The notes below the pieces were generated by a model that had not been told where the DNA came from, ran no database searches, and saw nothing but the letters and a program-made list of their open reading frames with translations. A stretch of 32,000 nucleotides of DNA, from positions 2,850,001 to 2,882,000 of the forward strand of contig CP104013.1 in the NCBI GenBank assembly GCA_025839675.1. Reading direction: 5' to 3'. The stretch's first letter is position 1. Every line of letters starts with the position of its first letter. Both the position numbers and the translations under genes were made by a program. Below are positions 9,368 through 17,435 of this stretch, piece after piece. This stretch comes from Candidatus Lokiarchaeum ossiferum. Its GTDB lineage: Archaea > Asgardarchaeota > Lokiarchaeia > Sigyniarchaeales > Promethearchaeaceae.

Positions 9368-10249
9368 ATGGTTAATGCAGTCATGGATTTATCAAAGGTA
9401 GTAGGCGAATTACAAAGGAAATATAAGATCATCGGGCGCAAGCAAGAATTAACATTACTGCTTCTGGCTTTGAATGCTAAGAAACACATTATTTTAGAAG
9501 GTGCGGTTGGAACGGGAAAAACCTATTTAGCACGCGCATTAGCAGAATATTCCGATGCTAAATTTTATCGAATTGATGGTAGTGAAGATGTTCTTAGCCA
9601 TACCCTCACAGGCTATTTCGATCCACCTGTAGTAATTGCCAAAGGTTATACCGAGGACGCATTCATTTATGGGCCTCTTAGTAAGGCGATGCAAGATGGA
9701 GGATGTCTATTTATCAACGAGTTGAATCGAATTCCAGAAAGTACTCAGAATGTTCTTTTATCTGCTTTAGATGAACACACCCTCATCATTCCTAAACTCA
9801 AGACCATTTCAGCAAATGGTAATGGATTTATTACGATTGCAACTCAAAATCCTGCAGCTCATGTTGGAGTTTCCGCTTTAGGAGAAGCTCTAAAAGACCG
9901 GTTTGTTTGGATTCATGTTGATTATCAAACAGAAGATGAAGAGATCGAAATCACTGAGTTAAATTTGGATAAAACAAAAGATCACTATCACCTTTATGCA
10001 ACAATTGCCGTTAAAATTGTGGACTTAACTCGAGAACACCCAGATATTCGTCGCGGTTCGTCTATCCGTGGGGCGATAGATCTAGCCCAATTAATCGAGG
10101 CTTACGGTAAATCACCAGGCATGAAATTATGGAAGGAAGCTGCCGTAATGGCTCTTCATTCTAAGATAGAAATGATTGATGGTACAGACCGAAATCCTCG
10201 GGAAGTTATTATTGAAATTGTAGAGGCCGTCCTTGAAAATTTTCAGTAG
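9368..10249 (+). CDS. MoxR-family AAA+ ATPase
   Basis: 293 aa. Walker A GAVGTGKT, Walker B LFINELNR, sensor region IATQNP, C-terminal lid with RGSSIRGAIDL, all typical of MoxR/CoxD-type ATPases. Confidence 0.9.
   Translation: MVNAVMDLSKVVGELQRKYKIIGRKQELTLLLLALNAKKHIILEGAVGTGKTYLARALAEYSDAKFYRIDGSEDVLSHTLTGYFDPPVVIAKGYTEDAFIYGPLSKAMQDGGCLFINELNRIPESTQNVLLSALDEHTLIIPKLKTISANGNGFITIATQNPAAHVGVSALGEALKDRFVWIHVDYQTEDEEIEITELNLDKTKDHYHLYATIAVKIVDLTREHPDIRRGSSIRGAIDLAQLIEAYGKSPGMKLWKEAAVMALHSKIEMIDGTDRNPREVIIEIVEAVLENFQ
10237..10243 (+). other. Candidate -1 ribosomal frameshift heptamer A_AAT_TTT at the end of the MoxR gene
   Basis: Fits X_XXY_YYZ in the MoxR frame, two codons before its TAG. The -1 frame is open from here into the VWA gene (see findings). 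Could equally mark an A4T4 homopolymer assembly error. Confidence 0.3.
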
Positions 10250-10389
10250 AGGCTGAGGATCCCGAGCAATCTCCATCCAAGGAAGCCATCGCAGATATTA
10301 AACGTCTTCGTCTATCTTCAATTAAAGAGAAAGATTTACTGAAATACGAAATTCTTCGGAAGCAGACTAGTCGTAAGAAGTACAAACAG

Positions 10390-11361
10390 ATGGCTAATGA
10401 ACTCGGATTTCAAGATGTCAAAGCTATGACGGGTTTATCAGTTAAACAAGGAAATATTGATGCCCTAATGGGAATGGCACAATCAAATGTCTATGCGGTC
10501 ACGGCAGAATTACAAAAACCAGAATATACGCAATTCTTCGCCAAAAAACATAAAAATCAGAGTGATTCTTTTATTCCTCAATTGTATTTCATGGTTCGAT
10601 CTCATGCACCTCCGCATTTCAAAGTTATGTTACAGCGATTAACCCGATCCATCATCCTACGAACTTCTTTAAATATCTCTGGAAGAGGTAGTAAAGGAAA
10701 ATCACGCCATCGCGTTCGTTATTATCCAGGCATGCCTGAATTTGATTTGGATGCAACACTTTTCAATTATATTCAAAACGGGGCAAATTATCTCAAGCAC
10801 TCAGATATTGTAGGGTATGAACGACGACAACGGAAACGAAATGTAGTACTTATTTTAGATGTTTCAGGATCCATGTTTGGTAAACTGTTGCTTAATGCAG
10901 CGTTGACAACGAGTGTTCTTTCCTATGCTATGGCTAAGGATTTCACTTCAGTTATTTTATTTAATTCAGAAGCCCATGTTCTCAAAGGAATCAAAACCCA
11001 AACGAAGATCGTAGAATTAATTGACCAAATTTTGGAAAGTGAAGCGGTCGGATTTACGAATATTTCCCGAGCCTTACATCGGGGGATAGTGGAATTAAAA
11101 AAAAATCCTGGAAATCGACAAAAAGTTGGAATCCTGATCACCGATGGAGATTTCAATCGCGGAAAAAACCCCTTATTTATGGCTCGACAGTTTCCTAAAC
11201 TTCATGTGATTAATATGCCTCCAGAAGAAGTTAAACTGAAGCAAACTCGAGGTCAACAAGTATGTCGACAAATAGCGGCAGCAGGGCGGGGTTATTATGT
11301 CCCAGTTAAAGAATTTGATGAAATCCCGAGAGCATTAATGCAATTATTAGCAAAAATATAA
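10390..11361 (+). CDS. VWA domain protein, CoxE-like (MoxR partner)
   Basis: MIDAS motif in VVLILDVSGSM preceded by a basic segment (YERRQRKRN), later ILITDGD, giving a CoxE-type VWA layout. The first ATG is at 10390, but the frame is open for 51 further codons upstream, so the N-terminus is uncertain. Confidence 0.85.
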   Translation: MANELGFQDVKAMTGLSVKQGNIDALMGMAQSNVYAVTAELQKPEYTQFFAKKHKNQSDSFIPQLYFMVRSHAPPHFKVMLQRLTRSIILRTSLNISGRGSKGKSRHRVRYYPGMPEFDLDATLFNYIQNGANYLKHSDIVGYERRQRKRNVVLILDVSGSMFGKLLLNAALTTSVLSYAMAKDFTSVILFNSEAHVLKGIKTQTKIVELIDQILESEAVGFTNISRALHRGIVELKKNPGNRQKVGILITDGDFNRGKNPLFMARQFPKLHVINMPPEEVKLKQTRGQQVCRQIAAAGRGYYVPVKEFDEIPRALMQLLAKI

Positions 11362-11477
11362 AAAATAACTCATGTTTTATCTCAAGAAATTTTAATCTCC
11401 GACCCAAATAGATGGAATAAGTACAAAAAACACCTAAAAGGATAGATCATGAAAATGGTTTATTCATTAAATCTTCC

Positions 11478-11496
11478 TTAATTCTATTAGAATTAA
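11478..11496. promoter_or_regulatory. Perfect 19-bp palindrome upstream of the TPR gene (candidate operator)
   Basis: TTAATTCTA-T-TAGAATTAA, 63-81 bp upstream of the ATG at 11559 and just 5' of an A/T-rich TATA-like stretch. An AT-rich palindrome of this size can arise by chance. Confidence 0.2.
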
Positions 11497-11558
11497 TCTC
11501 GTAGCAATTTTTAATTAATAATATCAATATTTTAAGGTTTCAATAAACTTTCCCCAAT

Positions 11559-13619
11559 ATGGAAGGAGTTGACTTCTACAACAATTCAAAATTGTGGTAT
11601 TTTTATAAAGAGAATATTCTTGGAGAAGCTTTGAAGCAGATTCAAAAGGAACAACCTTCAGATTTCCTATCTTTAATTGAAGAATATCTCAATTTAGAAA
11701 GTGAGATTAATCAACTTCAAAGCTATGGAGAATGTACTACCAAGCTATATAGTTTAAAAGAAAAATTAGATGAAAAGAACGATCCAATATTATTTTCCCA
11801 TCTTCTTCTATCTGAAGGAGAAATTCTTAGAAAGAGGGGTAAGCTAATCGAATCACGGGATATTATTACTGATGCAATTACGAATTTTGAGAAAATCAAA
11901 GAACAATATCAATTTGGAATAATATTTGCTTGTCGAAAAATGATTCATGTTTTATACTTACTTGGAGATTATAAAGCTGCGAAAAAATTTTGTGAAATGG
12001 GAATGTCGTTTATTACTGATAAAAAGTTGTATGTTGATTCGTACATTGCTTTTTTGAATAATATGGGAATTATTATGCAGGCTCAAGGTGAAAGTAGTAG
12101 AGCAGTGGTTTTTCTGGATGAAGCATTTAAGCTTGCTAAATTGGAAAAAAAATACGATATTTTTGCAAGTTTAGCTAATAACTTAGGTGATTTTTATCTA
12201 AATCAAGGGAATTATAAAAAAGCCCAAGAATATTTAATAATAGGAATGGAAACCGCTAAGGAATTAAATTATACAGACATGTTATGCTATCTTTATATCA
12301 ATCTTGGATTGCTAGAATCAAATAAAGGAAATTGGGCAAATGCAGAGAATTATTATAATGTGGGAATGAAAATTGCCCAAAAATCAGTAAAAGCTCTGCA
12401 TTCAACATACTTATCAGAAATAGCACTTCATTATAGAAGAAAAGGTAATTACTCAGAATCCATCAGTAAGTTTAAAGAAGCAATAGCATTATATCGCTTA
12501 AATCAAATAGAGAATAATGAATTCATTAAAACCTTGGGTAGTTTAGCGGAGTTGTTAGGAATTATTGATGATTTTGAGGCCGCTTATGCCTACTTAAAGG
12601 AAGCAAGAAATTTAGCGAGACAAAAGAAGATGCAACTAGGAAATCTACAAATTAGTTTGATTTTAGCGAAACTCTCACTACTTAAATCCGATTATATTTT
12701 CGCTGATTATGTACTTTCCGACATTTCATTCTATTTATCTGATGAAATTGAGAAGAATTTCATAATAGAATTTAAATTGACGTTAGTGGAGTGTTTCATC
12801 CAGAATTATAAAGTGACGAAAAATAAAGATATAATTGACAAAGCAAGCAAAATATTGGAAGAAATTGTTGAAATTAGCGAAGAAAATCAATTACTACCTT
12901 ATTTAATTCATGCGAAATTTTTACAAGCCGTTTTAATTTCAATTCGTCCAGAAAATCGAGATGAAGCAATCAAGAATTTAAATTTTACTATAAAACTGGC
13001 TAAAGAAAAGGAAATTGAATCTCTAAAAAGAATTGGTAACGTAATATTGGAAGATCTAGAAAGAAAAAAATACAGTAGCGAAGAACTAGCAGATCTGTTT
13101 ATCCAATATTTCAACACCTTGAATTATACAATAAAAATTTCGGATGATGAGAGAGAAATGATTGAAAAAATCGGAATTTTGCTCATATCTATATCGGATT
13201 TGGGACCTGATATTATAGCAGGTATTGATCGACCTGAAGAATTGGATGAGATACAAGGAATGCGTATGGCAACGTTTATTTCAGTATCTATTGGGCAAGG
13301 AGGCGAATATCATCAAGGATTATTTGGACCATTACCAATTTCGGCACCAAACCAATCTTTAGCTTTGATTTCTTCCCATATAATAAAAGATAAGACAAAT
13401 AAAGACAAGCGGTTAGCGGATTCAAATTTAGCATTGATGACAATACTTGTTCCAGAAAAAATAATCCGATTTTTTAATGATAGATCCATCATTCAAACAA
13501 TCATTAGCAATAACCTTGAAGAAATAACTTCCTTAGCAGAGATTACAGAAGAAATCTTGTATAATGTGAAAACAGAAATAATTGAGAACATTTTGCCTAC
13601 AATTCCTTCGAAAAAATGA
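11559..13619 (+). CDS. Large TPR-repeat protein with an uncharacterised C-terminal alpha/beta domain
   Basis: 686 aa. Repeated TPR-like units (e.g. NNLGDFYLNQGNYKKAQEYLIIGMETAKEL; INLGLLESNKGNWANAENYYNVGMKIAQK; LSEIALHYRRKGNYSESISKFKEAI). The last ~160 aa are non-TPR. Confidence 0.8.
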   Translation: MEGVDFYNNSKLWYFYKENILGEALKQIQKEQPSDFLSLIEEYLNLESEINQLQSYGECTTKLYSLKEKLDEKNDPILFSHLLLSEGEILRKRGKLIESRDIITDAITNFEKIKEQYQFGIIFACRKMIHVLYLLGDYKAAKKFCEMGMSFITDKKLYVDSYIAFLNNMGIIMQAQGESSRAVVFLDEAFKLAKLEKKYDIFASLANNLGDFYLNQGNYKKAQEYLIIGMETAKELNYTDMLCYLYINLGLLESNKGNWANAENYYNVGMKIAQKSVKALHSTYLSEIALHYRRKGNYSESISKFKEAIALYRLNQIENNEFIKTLGSLAELLGIIDDFEAAYAYLKEARNLARQKKMQLGNLQISLILAKLSLLKSDYIFADYVLSDISFYLSDEIEKNFIIEFKLTLVECFIQNYKVTKNKDIIDKASKILEEIVEISEENQLLPYLIHAKFLQAVLISIRPENRDEAIKNLNFTIKLAKEKEIESLKRIGNVILEDLERKKYSSEELADLFIQYFNTLNYTIKISDDEREMIEKIGILLISISDLGPDIIAGIDRPEELDEIQGMRMATFISVSIGQGGEYHQGLFGPLPISAPNQSLALISSHIIKDKTNKDKRLADSNLALMTILVPEKIIRFFNDRSIIQTIISNNLEEITSLAEITEEILYNVKTEIIENILPTIPSKK

Positions 13620-13679
13620 GTTTAATTTGATGCAAATGCATGAAACATTTTTCTGGAGAGAATTGGAAGTAAAAAAAAA

Positions 13680-15107
13680 TTAAAGATCCATTTCATCCAA
13701 TTTTTGATGGATAACTTTCATTTTTTCTGGATTCAAAGTATTCATTTTCCAAAATATTAGAACCCCAAGCAACATAAAAATAATCGGGAGGATTGCTGAA
13801 TGAATTCGAATCCCCCATTGAGCAGGAGTCGATTGATCTACATTTGGTCGATTGTCAAAGTTGGTAAGGGTATGGACAATCGCAAAGCTGGATGCTTGAA
13901 CAGCATAAGAAAGACGTCCAAAAAAGGCACGGAAACCCATATAAATACCATCGTTACGTTTTCCCGTATTTACAACTACTTCATCTATCACATCAGCCAT
14001 GCATGGAGTAATTAAGAACCAATAGCCTCCAAAACCCATCCCAAAAATCGTGATTGCAATAGTATAGGCAACATAGGTTTTCGCAAATATCATTGGAACT
14101 AAACCAGCAATGAGAACAAAAGCGGATAAAATTAAAGCTTTTTGATTACTTTGAATTTTTTTAGCAATAAAACCCCAAAATGGGACCGAAATTAGAGCAC
14201 CCACTAGCATTCCAGCAAAAATAATGGTGGTATCACTTTTCTCTCCAGGTAGAAGATAATCGGCAATATAATCAACAGATGCTGAAAGACTCATAGTGCA
14301 AGCTTGATAAAGGAAATAGAATAAAATAAAGGCTACAAAATTTTTCTGTTTAAAAGCCCCTTTTAATTGAGTGAAGAAGGATGCTTCTTTTTCTTCGTTT
14401 GATTTCATGTCTTCCAGAGATTGTAAATATCTCTCTATCATGACGGGATCCTCCCGTACACCCGGAAGCATTAGAAAGAATATAACTAGCGCTATTGCAG
14501 CGAAAACAATTGCATTCAGCACATATCTGCCTGTATCTTCATAAGAAGGAATAATAAAGGTGGGGAGCAAGTTTCCTAAAGCAATCCCCAATACACCAAC
14601 AATAGTGGCAAGCCCAGCAGCCTTAGAACGAATGTTATTACCTCGAAACTTATCTGGAAACAATGATTGATAATTTAATTCCCAAATTGAGAAGAAAGTA
14701 TCATGAATACAGACGCTTAATGCCATCCATAGGAATATACCGAATTGATGGTTTTCTGGATTTGTTTTATACGAACTTGGGACGATGAAAATTAAGATTA
14801 TTGTAAATACCCAGATAAAACACCCGAATACTATCCAAGGAAATCTTCGACCAAATTTTTTAGCAAATCGAGTTGGTCGAATTGTGAAATATCCAACAAT
14901 GGGATCATTAATTGCGTTATAAATGGAATAGATTATAATTCCCAATCCTGCCAATAAAGGATCCAATTGCAAGTTAGTTTCATAATACTTGAAAACTAGC
15001 ACCGAAAAGGCTGCAGAAAAGAATTCAACTAAAAATTTCCCGGAACCATAGGAAAGCATAATATTAGTTGAAGGTTCTGATGGGTTTTTTGAACTTGTTT
15101 CTGTCAT
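13680..15107 (-). CDS. MFS transporter of the GPH (glycoside-pentoside-hexuronide:cation symporter) type
   Basis: 475 aa, about 12 hydrophobic helices. GPH-like loop motif NDPIVGYFTIRPTRFAKKFGRRFPW (DPxxGxxxDR...GRRRPW pattern). Confidence 0.85.
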   Translation of the reverse strand: MTETSSKNPSEPSTNIMLSYGSGKFLVEFFSAAFSVLVFKYYETNLQLDPLLAGLGIIIYSIYNAINDPIVGYFTIRPTRFAKKFGRRFPWIVFGCFIWVFTIILIFIVPSSYKTNPENHQFGIFLWMALSVCIHDTFFSIWELNYQSLFPDKFRGNNIRSKAAGLATIVGVLGIALGNLLPTFIIPSYEDTGRYVLNAIVFAAIALVIFFLMLPGVREDPVMIERYLQSLEDMKSNEEKEASFFTQLKGAFKQKNFVAFILFYFLYQACTMSLSASVDYIADYLLPGEKSDTTIIFAGMLVGALISVPFWGFIAKKIQSNQKALILSAFVLIAGLVPMIFAKTYVAYTIAITIFGMGFGGYWFLITPCMADVIDEVVVNTGKRNDGIYMGFRAFFGRLSYAVQASSFAIVHTLTNFDNRPNVDQSTPAQWGIRIHSAILPIIFMLLGVLIFWKMNTLNPEKMKVIHQKLDEMDL

Positions 15108-15284
15108 GATTTTTCATACCTTCTGAAAGTTTTGAACTGAACTTGTGTTTTTCAAAATCTCTTAATCCTATTTCGTGAAGCTTCTTCAAAAAGATTGAGT
15201 TTCCAAAATGACATCATAGTCTACTAATTGAAGGTTGTGAAAAATTCCAAAAACTCTTTTTAAATTCTAAAATTTCTATACCTC

Positions 15285-16100
15285 ATGACATTAAAGGGTT
15301 CCCGAAAGAAATCGAAATCCCTATCACCGAAGGATCAAAAAAATAAAAAAATTGCACAAATTCTCTGCATTGCTGGCATTGTGGGGATTCTCATCCAATT
15401 TCTTTATTTTTTTATTAAATATGGGAGGCTAAGCGATTGGTGGTGTATCGTAATTTATTGGATTATTTTTATCATGCCTGGTTACTTAGCAGATGCCATG
15501 ATGGTGGTAGTGGGAGGCGGCAGACCATTAGATAATGGGAAGCTTGCGAAAGATGGACGACGTTTATTTGGTCCAGGTAAATCTCTTCGAGGATTTCTCT
15601 TAGGTCCTCTCACAGGTGGACTAATTGCCTTGGGGATTCATACTATCCTATACTGGCAATGGGGAACCATTGAGACCGCAGTGGTAAATTTTGTTGCGGA
15701 TCCCAATGTATTCTATAATTTCTACAACAACGATCCTGATTTGCTCCTAGCTGATCTATCCTTATATCTCCTTGGGGACAAATCCTCAAATCCTTCACTA
15801 CTTACATTTCTAAAATTAATCCCGAGAGTGTTTTTATGTGCGTATGGTGCTGCTCTTGGAGACCTTTTTGGGAGCTGGGCAAAACGGCGTAAAAATATTG
15901 AACGAGGACAGCCCTTCTGGATAGTGGATCAAATTGATTTCTTAAGTGGATGCCTCATTTTAGCAGGATGGTTTGTATTTCTTCCAATTTCAGCCCATGT
16001 TCCTCATGTCCTAATTATGATGATAATCATTACTCCAACCATCACAATTTTGGCAAATAATCTTTCATATATGACGGGTCATAAAAGTGTTCCATGGTAG
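15285..16100 (+). CDS. carS: CDP-archaeol synthase (CDP-2,3-bis-O-geranylgeranyl-sn-glycerol synthase), extended form
   Basis: CarS/DUF46 motifs VGGGRPLDNGK..DGRRLFGPGKSLRGF, GDLFGSWAKRRKNIERGQPFWIVDQIDF and the C-terminal HKSVPW. 271 aa, longer than the ~170-190 aa I recall for characterised CarS. Confidence 0.85.
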   Translation: MTLKGSRKKSKSLSPKDQKNKKIAQILCIAGIVGILIQFLYFFIKYGRLSDWWCIVIYWIIFIMPGYLADAMMVVVGGGRPLDNGKLAKDGRRLFGPGKSLRGFLLGPLTGGLIALGIHTILYWQWGTIETAVVNFVADPNVFYNFYNNDPDLLLADLSLYLLGDKSSNPSLLTFLKLIPRVFLCAYGAALGDLFGSWAKRRKNIERGQPFWIVDQIDFLSGCLILAGWFVFLPISAHVPHVLIMMIIITPTITILANNLSYMTGHKSVPW

Positions 16101-16109
16101 GGGAAAACG

Positions 16110-16532
16110 ATGGAAATTTTTGGTAAAAAGGAAGCAGGTATCATATATATTAATCGACCTGGAGTTTATGTTATTATCCAAAATGAATTACATCAGATTG
16201 CCTTTGTACGAACTGTAAAGGGATTGTTTTTACCAGGAGGAGGAAAAGAACAAGAAGAATCGGATGAAGAATGTTTACTCCGAGAATGTCGTGAGGAATT
16301 GGGCTGGGAGATTCAGATAGGAAAAAAAATCGCAGAAACAGGAGAATATTTTTCATCTCCCCACCAAGGACAATACTACTTCATCCAAGGAGTATATTAT
16401 TTAGGAGAAAAACTTACTAAAAAATGGGATCCCATTGAAGATGATCATCTCTTAGAATGGAGAAGCCCAAAACTCGCACTTCCTCAGATTTATCCCCAAG
16501 GACAAAAATGGGTTATCCAACAAAATTTTTAA
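16110..16532 (+). CDS. NUDIX hydrolase
   Basis: Nudix box GGGKEQEESDEECLLRECREELGW (GX5EX7REUXEEXGU). Starts 9 nt after the carS stop. Confidence 0.85.
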   Translation: MEIFGKKEAGIIYINRPGVYVIIQNELHQIAFVRTVKGLFLPGGGKEQEESDEECLLRECREELGWEIQIGKKIAETGEYFSSPHQGQYYFIQGVYYLGEKLTKKWDPIEDDHLLEWRSPKLALPQIYPQGQKWVIQQNF

Positions 16533-16560
16533 TTAATATACTGCCCATGATAAGACTATA

Positions 16561-17382
16561 ATGCCAAAACATCAAAGTAAATATGGACACTTTTCGAATG
16601 GATTAGAATATGTGGCTTTGGGAACGGGTGAAAAAAAAGTATTATTCTTTTTGGGTGGACCAGGAAACGAAATACCCCATGGAATAATGTTACAATTTTA
16701 TTCCAAACCATTTACTCCGCTTATTGAAAATTATACATTGTATCTTATCAGCCGAAAATCGGATCTTCCCTCAGGATATACAACAATTCAGATGGCTGCA
16801 GATTATGCTGAGATGATTAAAAACGATTTGGGGGGAAAAGTGCATGGGGTTATTGGATTTTCGTATGGAGGAATGATATTACAACATTTTTGTGCTTTAT
16901 ATCCAAATTTAGCAGACAAATTTATATTATTATCTGCATCCCATAAAACCTCAGAAATTGGTCTCCAGCTTGATTGTAAATATGCACGTCTATTGAGTAA
17001 AGGTAAATTTGGGAGTGCTTTCGCATTAATCGCTACAGCTGTATATCCTAAAGGATTAAAACGAACTGTTATTAAACCTTTGATCTGGTTGCTAGGAACC
17101 TTTAGTAAGAAACCAAGCAATAAAACCTATTCTCAAGATGTGTTAATAGAATACCAAGCGGAAGAAAATCATAATGCTGATGAAAATTTACGTAAAATTA
17201 GAGTCCCCGTCGTAATTGTCTGTGGAGATCAAGATTATTATATGCCATTAGAAGGTTTCGAGGAGATGTATGATCTAATTCCTGAAGCAAAATTGAAGAT
17301 TTTTCACGGAAAAGGACATGATGTTTTTGAGGATCCACAGGCTATAAATTATATTTTGAAGGAATTACAAAACATTTCTTAA
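16561..17382 (+). CDS. Alpha/beta-fold hydrolase (esterase/lipase-like)
   Basis: Nucleophile elbow GFSYGG, oxyanion-region FFLGGPG, C-terminal CGDQDY and GKGHDV supplying the Asp/His of a Ser-Asp-His triad. Starts 28 nt after the NUDIX gene. Confidence 0.8.
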   Translation: MPKHQSKYGHFSNGLEYVALGTGEKKVLFFLGGPGNEIPHGIMLQFYSKPFTPLIENYTLYLISRKSDLPSGYTTIQMAADYAEMIKNDLGGKVHGVIGFSYGGMILQHFCALYPNLADKFILLSASHKTSEIGLQLDCKYARLLSKGKFGSAFALIATAVYPKGLKRTVIKPLIWLLGTFSKKPSNKTYSQDVLIEYQAEENHNADENLRKIRVPVVIVCGDQDYYMPLEGFEEMYDLIPEAKLKIFHGKGHDVFEDPQAINYILKELQNIS

Positions 17383-17435
17383 TACATCTTTTTTAATATC
17401 TTCTAATCTCTACTTCATCATAGAAGAGAGGTCAA

